Part shown: positions 55,192 through 62,637 of the stretch, one piece after another
How positions within the stretch are numbered: position 1 is the stretch's first letter
How the letters are laid out: each line of letters begins with the position of its first letter
Source of the DNA: a virus
Virus record (IMG/VR): IMGVR_UViG_3300049049_000237
Location: 112,003 to 176,002 of that record
Length of the DNA: 64,000 nucleotides
Direction: 5' to 3' (one strand)
Made by a program: the position numbers and the translations under genes
Notes under the pieces: generated by a model
Told to the model about the DNA's origin: nothing
Databases searched by the model: none
The model's input: only the letters and a program-made list of their open reading frames with translations

Positions 55192-56531
55192 CGGTACACC
55201 ACCGCCGAGTCCGCACCGCGCGTGAGCGCCGTACCCACCCGCGTGAGGTTGCCCGCGCCGACGAACGGCGCCCACGTCGCACCCGGCTCGGCTGCGCCGA
55301 CACGCCACGCCGCGGTGAACGAGCCGCCGCTCGGGATGTCGACCATCTGCCCCGCCGCCACGACAGCCCGCGACCACTCCGCGATCTGCGCCGGGGTGAC
55401 GTTGCGCTGCGCGACGCCGACACCCGCGATTCGATCGTACAGAGCGGGCTGCGAGGACGGAGAGCCTCGACGACCGCCGACCATGAAGTTGCCGCCGCCC
55501 TGCACCGAGGCCGTGACCGCCGACTGGATCACTTCCTGGAACAGCGAGCCGCCGATGTACAACTGCGCACGAAGGTCGGTGCCGGCGACCGTGATCCCGC
55601 GGAGGAACACGGGCAGCCACTTGTTCACCATCGGCGGGTTGAACGACGCGAGCTGACGAAGGTTGGAGCCGCTGTCCGTCACACGGCCGGTGATGGCTTC
55701 GCCGTTGATGATGATGCTCGCGCCGCCGCCGAACCCACCATCGTTGCCGAACAGCATCCGCGTCACGGACTCGCTCGACTCCGCGTACACGAGCCCTGCG
55801 ATGCCCCAGTTGGCCTGACCGGTGATGGGGTCCGACCCCATGTCGTAGTAGCGGTCGACGTCCCACCCAGTGAGGTACGAAATCGCCGGGAGACCACCAC
55901 CGCCCGCCGCAGCGGCGACCCACTCGGGCAGGCCCGAGGCGAGCGTCAGAACGTCGCCATCGTTGCCGATCGCGAGACGTACGAACTCCGACCCGTCGTA
56001 GTACAGGAGGTCGCCCGCCTGAGCTCCCGACGGCACGACGATGATGTCGTCGACGGACCCGGGCGACACGAACCACGTGCCAGCCGCGTTGCGGCGCAGG
56101 AACCACGTTCCGAACGCCCCGTCGCTCCCCGGCAGCGTGTACGGCGAAGCCGAGCCGTTGACGGCGAAGCCGGTGAGCCGGATCGGGTTCGCGTCGCTCG
56201 TGCGCTTGTGGATCACGAAGGCGCGATCACCCGCGAACGCACCGAACGCCGGGAGCGCGATGTCCGCCTGCCCGCCGGTGGTGTCGACATCGACGATGAC
56301 GTGTGTCGCGAGCAGCGACCCGCCGGCCGACGTGAAGTTGCCGACCGTGACCGAGTAGTTGTTCGGTCCGGGCCCGCCTCCACCACCGCCGTTGTCGATC
56401 TCTTCTTCGATCGAAACGAAGGCGTCTTCTACGTCCGCACGTAGATCCGCGATCTCGCTCCCGAGGGGGTTGCCAGGGCGGAGGAAGCGCGAACGCTTGG
56501 GCTTGTGCGAACCAAAACTTCTCGACGGCAT
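55188..56531 (-). CDS. Tail fibre / receptor-binding protein with LamG-like C-terminus
   Basis: Poly-Gly hinges, fibre motif GDLLYYDG...RLAIG..G.VL, beta-sandwich C-terminus. Confidence 0.6.
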   Translation of the reverse strand: MPSRSFGSHKPKRSRFLRPGNPLGSEIADLRADVEDAFVSIEEEIDNGGGGGGPGPNNYSVTVGNFTSAGGSLLATHVIVDVDTTGGQADIALPAFGAFAGDRAFVIHKRTSDANPIRLTGFAVNGSASPYTLPGSDGAFGTWFLRRNAAGTWFVSPGSVDDIIVVPSGAQAGDLLYYDGSEFVRLAIGNDGDVLTLASGLPEWVAAAAGGGGLPAISYLTGWDVDRYYDMGSDPITGQANWGIAGLVYAESSESVTRMLFGNDGGFGGGASIIINGEAITGRVTDSGSNLRQLASFNPPMVNKWLPVFLRGITVAGTDLRAQLYIGGSLFQEVIQSAVTASVQGGGNFMVGGRRGSPSSQPALYDRIAGVGVAQRNVTPAQIAEWSRAVVAAGQMVDIPSGGSFTAAWRVGAAEPGATWAPFVGAGNLTRVGTALTRGADSAVVYR

Positions 56532-56538
56532 CAGTTCC

Positions 56539-56766
56539 TCACGTTCCAGCCAGGAAGCTCGTGATGTCGTCAGTCACGAGCACCTCGGCCTCGGTTGTGT
56601 TCTCGCGGGAGAGCCGTTCAGATCCGGTTCGGCCACGAAGCACCGACTTCAAGAACGTAGCTTCGTCCTCGTAGCGCGAGCGCTCACGCTCGTACCACTC
56701 GTCGAGTGCTTCCTTCAGGCGATCGAGCTTCTCGTTCCTCGCCTCGGTGCGGTCATCGGCGGCCAC
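56539..56766 (-). CDS. Small acidic helical protein (75 aa)
   Basis: Start reassigned to GTG 56766, 6 nt after TATACT. Confidence 0.65.
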   Translation of the reverse strand: MAADDRTEARNEKLDRLKEALDEWYERERSRYEDEATFLKSVLRGRTGSERLSRENTTEAEVLVTDDITSFLAGT

Positions 56767-56785
56767 GGCCGAAGTATACACTGAG

Positions 56786-56815
56786 GGGCAAAAGAGAAGG
56801 CCCGGAGGCCTTCTC
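56786..56815 (-). terminator. Intrinsic terminator after the sigma gene
   Basis: GAGAAGGCC-TCCG-GGCCTTCTC then TTTTGCCC. Confidence 0.85.
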
Positions 56816-56817
56816 GC

Positions 56818-57612
56818 TCACGGCAGGTACGGCTTCGCCTTCTTGAAGATGGCCGAGCGAAGCTGGTAGACGCGGCTCTTGTTCATGCCGGTGCGCTTCG
56901 CGATTTCAGCCATCGAGGCGGGAGAGCCGTTCGAGGGGAAGAGCTGATCGAAGACCTTCTTCTCCTCGGACGTGAGCAGCGACGGCATCAGCGAGATGAT
57001 GCTGCGCATCTGGCTCGGGGCGTGCCCCAGGCTCCCGTCATCGGCCGCCTCGGGGTTCGGGTTGCCGCCGATGTAGTGCTCAGTCCGGACCTCGACCATC
57101 AGGCGCTGGATGTCGTTCGGCTTCACGTCCGGAAGCCGCTGCGAGATCTCGTGGGCTGAGGGCTCACGCCCGAGCTCGTCGTGGAGCTCGTTCTTCGCGT
57201 TCTGGACGCGCTGGTAGAGGTCGACGCGGTTCTTCGGGATGCGGGCGAAGTTGCGGTTCGCGGCCACGAAGTCGGTGACGCGCTGAAGCCCCGTGGTCAC
57301 CCACGTCTGGAGCTTGGCGCCGCCGCTGTCCGGGTTGAAGCTCTCGATGCTCTTCTTCGCTGCGAGTCGGAGCTGGGTCTCCATCGCGCCGTACGGGATC
57401 GACCCGCCGACGCCTCTGGTGCGCGTGCGCGCCTGCTTCTGGATGACGTGCTCGAACGCATCGAGCAGCGGTACGAGGTCGCGCTCCTGGCGACCTCCCG
57501 CATGCCACTTGCGCCAGAGCTCCTCGTGCGGGTCGGCAGACTTCGGCTTCGAGCCGAGCTCCTGACGAGCCGTTCTGTTGAACTCGGTGATCTTCTTGTT
57601 GGTGCTCATCAC
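56818..57612 (-). CDS. Sigma70-family RNA polymerase sigma factor (group 3, FliA/SigB-like architecture)
   Basis: Region 2 SIESFNPDSGGAKLQTWV, RIP, region 3 LGREPSAHEI, region 4 HTH MAEIAKRTGMNKSRVYQL. Confidence 0.85.
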   Translation of the reverse strand: MMSTNKKITEFNRTARQELGSKPKSADPHEELWRKWHAGGRQERDLVPLLDAFEHVIQKQARTRTRGVGGSIPYGAMETQLRLAAKKSIESFNPDSGGAKLQTWVTTGLQRVTDFVAANRNFARIPKNRVDLYQRVQNAKNELHDELGREPSAHEISQRLPDVKPNDIQRLMVEVRTEHYIGGNPNPEAADDGSLGHAPSQMRSIISLMPSLLTSEEKKVFDQLFPSNGSPASMAEIAKRTGMNKSRVYQLRSAIFKKAKPYLP

Positions 57613-57914
57613 TTCGTCGCGGCGTTGTGCCGACCGACGGCCTGAGCTGCCGCAGACGCGCCGGAAATCTCCGACACCTTGTCGTGAAGGAGACGTCCGA
57701 TCGTGCCGCGGAGATCGGCCACCGACGGCTGGAAGTTGGTGAATGCGCGACGGAGCTCTCCCTGCCGGGTCTCCTCGGCACGTTCGCGCGTGAGCGGCGT
57801 GAACGGCTCCGGATGGTTCTGCACCGACGGGCTCTCGCCCGGCGGCTGGATGCTGTTCGTTCCCGACACGACGCTCTCGTTGAGAGCGAGCTCCATCGCC
57901 AGCTTGCTGATCAT
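57609..57914 (-). CDS. Hypothetical protein (101 aa) upstream of sigma
   Basis: AAGGA SD; begins MISKLAMEL; stop overlaps the sigma start. Confidence 0.6.
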   Translation of the reverse strand: MISKLAMELALNESVVSGTNSIQPPGESPSVQNHPEPFTPLTRERAEETRQGELRRAFTNFQPSVADLRGTIGRLLHDKVSEISGASAAAQAVGRHNAATK

Positions 57915-57928
57915 GGGTCGTCCTTCTT

Positions 57929-57936
57929 CTGATAGG
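57929..57936 (-). promoter_or_regulatory. CCTATCAG motif upstream of the sigma operon
   Basis: Exact 8-mer in the 26-nt intergenic gap, 14 nt before ATG 57914. Confidence 0.5.
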
Positions 57937-57940
57937 GGAT

Positions 57941-58627
57941 TCAGGCCTTGAAGGTGGTCATCGCGTCGCCGACGCTGCGGCGCGGATTCATCGCGATCCC
58001 ACTGGCGGAGTTGGTCACGCCCGACTTCGCCGCGATCGGGGTGACCCCGACGCGCTGGCCCTTGTTGGTCGAACTCCGCACCTTCGGGCTCGGGGCGGCG
58101 AGGCCCGTGCCCGTCGCAGGCGCGGTCACGCCCGGCATGTTGGCGAGCTTGTCCGCGTGCTGGTCGAGGTATCCCTGCACGGTCTTGCGGGCTCGGTGGA
58201 GGTCGATGCCCTCCTTCGCCGCTGCGATGACGCCGCCGCCCAGGCCCGTCGTGAGCGCCTTCGCCGCCACTTCGCCTGACGTCAGCGCTCCGACTGCGCT
58301 CGCGCCCCCAGCGAGCCGCGCACGCAGCCCGCCGTGTGCATCGACGAAGCCCCTGGTGAACTTGCCGCCGGCATCGATCACGGGCGCAGCCGCACCAGCC
58401 ATCGTCGCCGTCTGACCGATCGTACGCCACGGGCGAGGACGCTGGAGCTTCGTCGCTGCCTCCTGCACGTCGATGTCGCTGATGTCCGCCATCTTTCGCA
58501 GTTCATCTGCGAAGGCGGACATCTTCGCCGACTCGCTGAGCGTGTCGATGTTGGTGGGGATCGAGCCCTTGCGGGACTTCGATGCACCACGAGGAACATC
58601 GAGACCGTGGTTGGCCGGTGTCGTCAC
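57941..58627 (-). CDS. Gly/Ala-rich protein with FADELRKMA motif, putative internal virion protein
   Basis: KxA motifs and glycine-zipper helices; TAGGCT-N6-GTG start. Confidence 0.65.
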   Translation of the reverse strand: MTTPANHGLDVPRGASKSRKGSIPTNIDTLSESAKMSAFADELRKMADISDIDVQEAATKLQRPRPWRTIGQTATMAGAAAPVIDAGGKFTRGFVDAHGGLRARLAGGASAVGALTSGEVAAKALTTGLGGGVIAAAKEGIDLHRARKTVQGYLDQHADKLANMPGVTAPATGTGLAAPSPKVRSSTNKGQRVGVTPIAAKSGVTNSASGIAMNPRRSVGDAMTTFKA

Positions 58628-58636
58628 GTTGGAAGC

Positions 58637-61600
58637 CTATCCGAGGATGCCGCGTGTAGCCAAGATGGCGTGGACGTAGCGAAGCACCGCGAGGCGCTTC
58701 TCCTTCCGCGTGTCCATCCGTTGAGCGCGCTGGGCATCTCGTGCAGCGCGCTGTTGGGATGCCGGATCGGAAGCGTCTTCTTCATCCATCGTCGTGAGGC
58801 CGAGGATCGTCTGCGGACGCCTCTCTCCATCGACGCTTCGGATGAGCTGACGCAGATCGTCGAAGTCGCCGAACGCACGGCTGTGGAAGCCCTCCACTCC
58901 GCGCACGACCTCGCCGTTGTCGTCGATCTCCAAGTTGGCGGTGCCGAACATGTCGACCATCGACGCGATGCGCCTCCACGTGTACGAGCGCAGGAAGTCG
59001 TCGACGTCGAAGCGGTTGCGCTTGATCGCCGAGTACGAGTCGACGAGAGACGTGACGGCCTCCTCGATCGAGCCACGTCCGGGGATCTCTCCGACGCGTG
59101 TCGAGTCGCCGGGCTCGCCGGGAGCTCCCACGACTTCCGGTCGCTGACTGTCGAGGAACTCCGGCTCGGTCTCGGGCCTCGTCACGTGCGGCTGCGTGGT
59201 GTCCCCCGTCGACGCCGTCGAACGGAGAATCCCATCAACTTCTTCTTGCGTCAGCGTCGCCGAGCGACCGGTGGGATCCACGATGATGGTGGGATCCACG
59301 ATCGAGCCCGTGCCGAAGAAGTACCCGTAGAGGGCACCGATGTTCTGGCTCCGGTAGTGCTCGCCGTACCAGGGCGGGAACGTGAGGTCCTCGGCCGGCA
59401 GATCCACCGACTCGCGTCGGTAGACACCGAGACGCTCGGTGATGCGGTACGCGCGGAAGGTCACCTCGACCTCCGTGAGCGTCGCCTCATCACCGGCGTT
59501 CCCGGTGCCCTGGGCGCTCACGAACGACGACTGCGTGCCCCCAACGCTCCCGACGAGCGCTGCGACTTCAGGAACGGAGGATGCCGGTACGGGGGTGCCC
59601 ACGATGACGCGGGTGCCCCGCGTGCGGCCCGTTCGGGGACCGGGGATGAAGAGGGGAAGCCGCGACCGCGAGACGTAGCGCTGCTGGCCCGTCGCAGATG
59701 TCGAGCGGCGTCCACGCACCGGCCGTGCTCGCTGATCGCGCTGGTACTCGTCCGTGACGTCTTCGATCCGGAGAATCTCCCCACCACGCGGACCTACCGT
59801 CCCTTCCCCCGGGGGCTCGATCATCGCGACGACAGTCCTCGTCTCGATGTTCCGAGTGCGCCGGTAGCGACGCACCTGGTATCGATCATCACCCAGGAAC
59901 TCGGTGCGCTCGTCGGTGACGCGCGCGTACGCCATCTGCACCTGCGTCGTGCCGCCCGTCTCGGCGGAGATGCTGTGCGTGATCGCTGCGGGGGTGCCGA
60001 GGTAGTGGCTGTTGGGCTGCTGCTCCGTCAGCTCGCGGACGAGCTCGTCGACGCGAGTCTCTTCGAGCTCAAGCTGCCGCTGACGCTCTTCCTCGGGGAG
60101 GTTCGAGCCGACGCCGGTGCCTTCGCCCTCGCGGCTCTGCTGCGCGATGCGGCGTGCGATCTCCAGGTCGACTTCGACATCGGAGGAGTTGATGAGGTCG
60201 CGCGACTTGTACTTGTCGACGACGAGAGCAGGGAACCCGAGGACACAGAACGGGTTGAACTTGCCGGCCAGCACGAGCTGCCTGCTGCGGAAGCGGTACT
60301 GGAAGAAGATGTGGTTCGCCGCGAGCTGCGCATACCCGACGCGCACGCCGTCGATCATGATCGAACCGCCACGCAACGCGTGCAGGTTCAAGTCGCTCAT
60401 GCGCTCGAACTTCGGGATGATCCCGGTGAAGAGCTCGTGGTCCATCATGTCGCGGACGAACCACGCCGGGGCATCAGCGAGATCGGGCGGCTCCACACCG
60501 ACACGGCCACGGCCGATGTCCGCTCCCGTGCGCACGCCGAGGACCTTGTTCGGGGCCATGTAGTAGCCGTCGAACAAGAAGTCGGAGCCGAAGAACGCGG
60601 AGTGGGTGCGCAGCATGAGCCGCGAGACCTCCTCCATGTACTGCCGGCTGTACGAGAAGTTCGAGTAGAGCTCGGGGAAGAAGACGTTGCAGCGCGGCGG
60701 CGCGACCATCCAGACGTCCGGCCGGTAGATCTGCTGGAGCAGGCGAGGCGGAGGGTCGGGCTGCTGCGTGTTGCTGCGCACGCGACGACGCACCTCGGCG
60801 TTGCAGACCTCCTCCATGTCCGCCGCGATCTGCTCGCAGAGCAACGTGAGCTCCTGCGCCTCGGGCGTCCCGGGCGGGAAGAACGTGTTGCTCCGGACGT
60901 CCATGCGCTGAGCTCGGCGCGTGGAGTTGTCCTTCATGCGGTCGAAGCGCTCCTGCGCGACGACGAACTTCTGGTGGATCTGGAGGTTGCTCACGAACGT
61001 GGTGCGCTCACGCACCGCGAGACGACGAGACAGGCCTCCTGCGCGGCCGCACGTGCGCGACAGACGATCGAGCTCGTTCGCGAGGCCGCCGTTGCGCTGC
61101 GAAAGACGACGAGCATCTTCGGGCGTCGTCGAGTCCGCCTGCCGCTGCTTCAGGTCGAGGGCCCGCTGCTTCACGAGGCGTGCTGCGCGGATGACCTCCG
61201 TGTAGCTCGACTCGCTGGTGATGGGTGCCGTCTCGAACTGCGGCCTGTTCGGGTCGACCAGCGCCGGGATGAAGTGCGGCGAGGTGACGGGAATCACCTC
61301 GTGGAAGATGTAGCGCTGGAGCGCGTTGAGGACGTCGCGGATCGAGACCTGCCGACCCAGGCCCGACAGCGCGCGGCGGAAGAGACTCCCGAAGCCGTTC
61401 GCGTGGAGCAGACGCACTTCGTTCTGCTGCTCGAACGGGTTCGCCCCAACCATCTGCGTGATCTTCAGCCGGAGCTCGGCGAGGCTGAAGAAGTCGTTCA
61501 CGCCGCGGATCGCACGCTGCCCGTACGTCACACCGCCGATCGCTTCGATGAGGTGCACGACCGCGCCGAGCAGCGTGCCCCGCAGGTTCGGGTAGCTGCG

Positions 61601-62188
61601 GGGTGCCGTGTTCATCAGGCCCGTGACGATGTCCGCGTTTCCCTCCAAGAAGGAGTTGAACACGTTGGTCGCAGCGCCCGTGAAGGCTGCCCGGATGCCA
61701 CCGCCCCCAAGCTCGAACCCGTTCACCTGGTACTGGAACGCGTAGTCCCAGTACATCGAGAAGTCCATGCACTGGAGCACGATGCTTCGCGACGTCGGCG
61801 TCTTGTCCATGCCGAAGCCCACGAGCTCGCCTGCGAAGAGCAGACGGTAGTTCTCGTTCTCCAGGTCAGCCGCTTCTTGAGCGTCCGTGACCTCCAGCCT
61901 CTCAGGTGGGATGATCCCGTCGAGCTCTGGATCGCGCTCGCGGGTATCGATCGCCATGTTCTCGCCCGCGACCCACGCGCGCTCCGTCGGCGGAGCACCT
62001 CGATAGAAGTCGTAGAAGAACAGGTGGATCAGCGTACGCGGCTTGAGTTGAAGCGCGTAGTCGTTCGCCGGGATCTGGATCGATGCGACAGCGGGCTGGT
62101 TGGGTTGCGACTGCACCACAGCCGAGATCACAGGGATCTCGATGCCCTCTGCGAAGCAACGAAGATGCAGTCTCTGTGCGATCGTCAC
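58637..62188 (-). CDS. Large tail / baseplate hub-like protein (1183 aa)
   Basis: Hub-like N-terminus (A.IQIP...LLFAGEL...LQCMD) and G.FNP....G.P segment; lies in the tail module. Confidence 0.6.
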   Translation of the reverse strand: MTIAQRLHLRCFAEGIEIPVISAVVQSQPNQPAVASIQIPANDYALQLKPRTLIHLFFYDFYRGAPPTERAWVAGENMAIDTRERDPELDGIIPPERLEVTDAQEAADLENENYRLLFAGELVGFGMDKTPTSRSIVLQCMDFSMYWDYAFQYQVNGFELGGGGIRAAFTGAATNVFNSFLEGNADIVTGLMNTAPRSYPNLRGTLLGAVVHLIEAIGGVTYGQRAIRGVNDFFSLAELRLKITQMVGANPFEQQNEVRLLHANGFGSLFRRALSGLGRQVSIRDVLNALQRYIFHEVIPVTSPHFIPALVDPNRPQFETAPITSESSYTEVIRAARLVKQRALDLKQRQADSTTPEDARRLSQRNGGLANELDRLSRTCGRAGGLSRRLAVRERTTFVSNLQIHQKFVVAQERFDRMKDNSTRRAQRMDVRSNTFFPPGTPEAQELTLLCEQIAADMEEVCNAEVRRRVRSNTQQPDPPPRLLQQIYRPDVWMVAPPRCNVFFPELYSNFSYSRQYMEEVSRLMLRTHSAFFGSDFLFDGYYMAPNKVLGVRTGADIGRGRVGVEPPDLADAPAWFVRDMMDHELFTGIIPKFERMSDLNLHALRGGSIMIDGVRVGYAQLAANHIFFQYRFRSRQLVLAGKFNPFCVLGFPALVVDKYKSRDLINSSDVEVDLEIARRIAQQSREGEGTGVGSNLPEEERQRQLELEETRVDELVRELTEQQPNSHYLGTPAAITHSISAETGGTTQVQMAYARVTDERTEFLGDDRYQVRRYRRTRNIETRTVVAMIEPPGEGTVGPRGGEILRIEDVTDEYQRDQRARPVRGRRSTSATGQQRYVSRSRLPLFIPGPRTGRTRGTRVIVGTPVPASSVPEVAALVGSVGGTQSSFVSAQGTGNAGDEATLTEVEVTFRAYRITERLGVYRRESVDLPAEDLTFPPWYGEHYRSQNIGALYGYFFGTGSIVDPTIIVDPTGRSATLTQEEVDGILRSTASTGDTTQPHVTRPETEPEFLDSQRPEVVGAPGEPGDSTRVGEIPGRGSIEEAVTSLVDSYSAIKRNRFDVDDFLRSYTWRRIASMVDMFGTANLEIDDNGEVVRGVEGFHSRAFGDFDDLRQLIRSVDGERRPQTILGLTTMDEEDASDPASQQRAARDAQRAQRMDTRKEKRLAVLRYVHAILATRGILG

Positions 62189-62222
62189 GCCAGGAGCCTA
62201 CGTGAATACCGTGGAAAAAGCA

Positions 62223-62230
62223 CCTATCAG
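62223..62230 (+). promoter_or_regulatory. CCTATCAG motif upstream of the small-ORF/tRNA unit
   Basis: Exact 8-mer 4 nt before ATG 62235. Confidence 0.5.
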
Positions 62231-62234
62231 CAAC

Positions 62235-62378
62235 ATGAAGGAGACGGAGGGCCCCGACGCCCTCCGTGACGAAGACATGGGGAACATCGGGGGCGCTCTT
62301 CGCATCTGCATCGCGGTCGACGCGATGCTCATCTTCATCTTCACCGTCACGTTCATCGTCATCAGGCACTGCGCCTGA
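62235..62378 (+). CDS. Small single-TM protein (47 aa)
   Basis: MKETEG...AMLIFIFTVTFIVI. Confidence 0.55.
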   Translation: MKETEGPDALRDEDMGNIGGALRICIAVDAMLIFIFTVTFIVIRHCA

Positions 62379-62388
62379 AGAGGCCACA

Positions 62389-62427
62389 ATGCACTTCACA
62401 GCGAACACCAACAACACACAGATGTAG
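62389..62427 (+). CDS. Putative Asn-rich leader peptide MHFTANTNNTQM
   Basis: AAGAGG SD; AAC-ACC-AAC-AAC codons; followed by alternative hairpins, a terminator and tRNA-Asn. Confidence 0.5.
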   Translation: MHFTANTNNTQM

Positions 62428-62450
62428 TCTATCTGTGAACATGATGTTCT

Positions 62451-62481
62451 AGGACAGGGCGCCCGCCCTGTTCTTTTGCCT
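62451..62481 (+). terminator. Intrinsic terminator / attenuator upstream of the tRNA
   Basis: AGGACAGGGC-GCCC-GCCCTGTTCT then TTTGCCT. Confidence 0.75.
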
Positions 62482-62518
62482 CTTGACCTCCGACGCGAGC
62501 TGGGGCACACCGATCCGC

Positions 62519-62591
62519 GGTGCGGTAGCTCAGTGGTCAGAGCGTCTGACTGTTAGCCAGAGGGTCCCTGGTTCAAGTCCAGGCCGCATCG
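62519..62591 (+). tRNA. tRNA-Asn(GTT)
   Basis: Acceptor GGTGCGG/CCGCATC, D arm GCTC/GAGC, loop CT-GTT-AG, T arm CCTGG-TTCAAGT-CCAGG, discriminator G; no encoded CCA. Confidence 0.9.
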
Positions 62592-62592
62592 T

Positions 62593-62637
62593 GCCCCGGG
62601 CCGGTTCAGCCCCCAGACCGGTTCGGGGCTTCTTTTA
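62593..62637 (+). terminator. Terminator after the tRNA
   Basis: GCCCCGGGCCGGT...ACCGGTTCGGGGC then TTCTTTT. Confidence 0.75.

Noticed and set aside
58334-62269. 1311-aa plus-strand ORF, and similar long ORFs at 44419-47730, 40021-42477, 11419-13203 and 1767-3422
   Set aside because: Antisense shadows of real minus-strand genes, expected from high-GC codon bias; R/V/D-rich text with no motifs.
62437-62449. GAACATGATGTTC palindrome as a LexA box
   Set aside because: The spacer is 5 nt rather than the 4 nt of GAAC-N4-GTTC; better explained as part of the leader RNA structure.
62519-62591. tRNA as a prophage attachment site or boundary
   Set aside because: Phage structural genes continue on both sides; I saw no integrase or duplicated tRNA 3' end.
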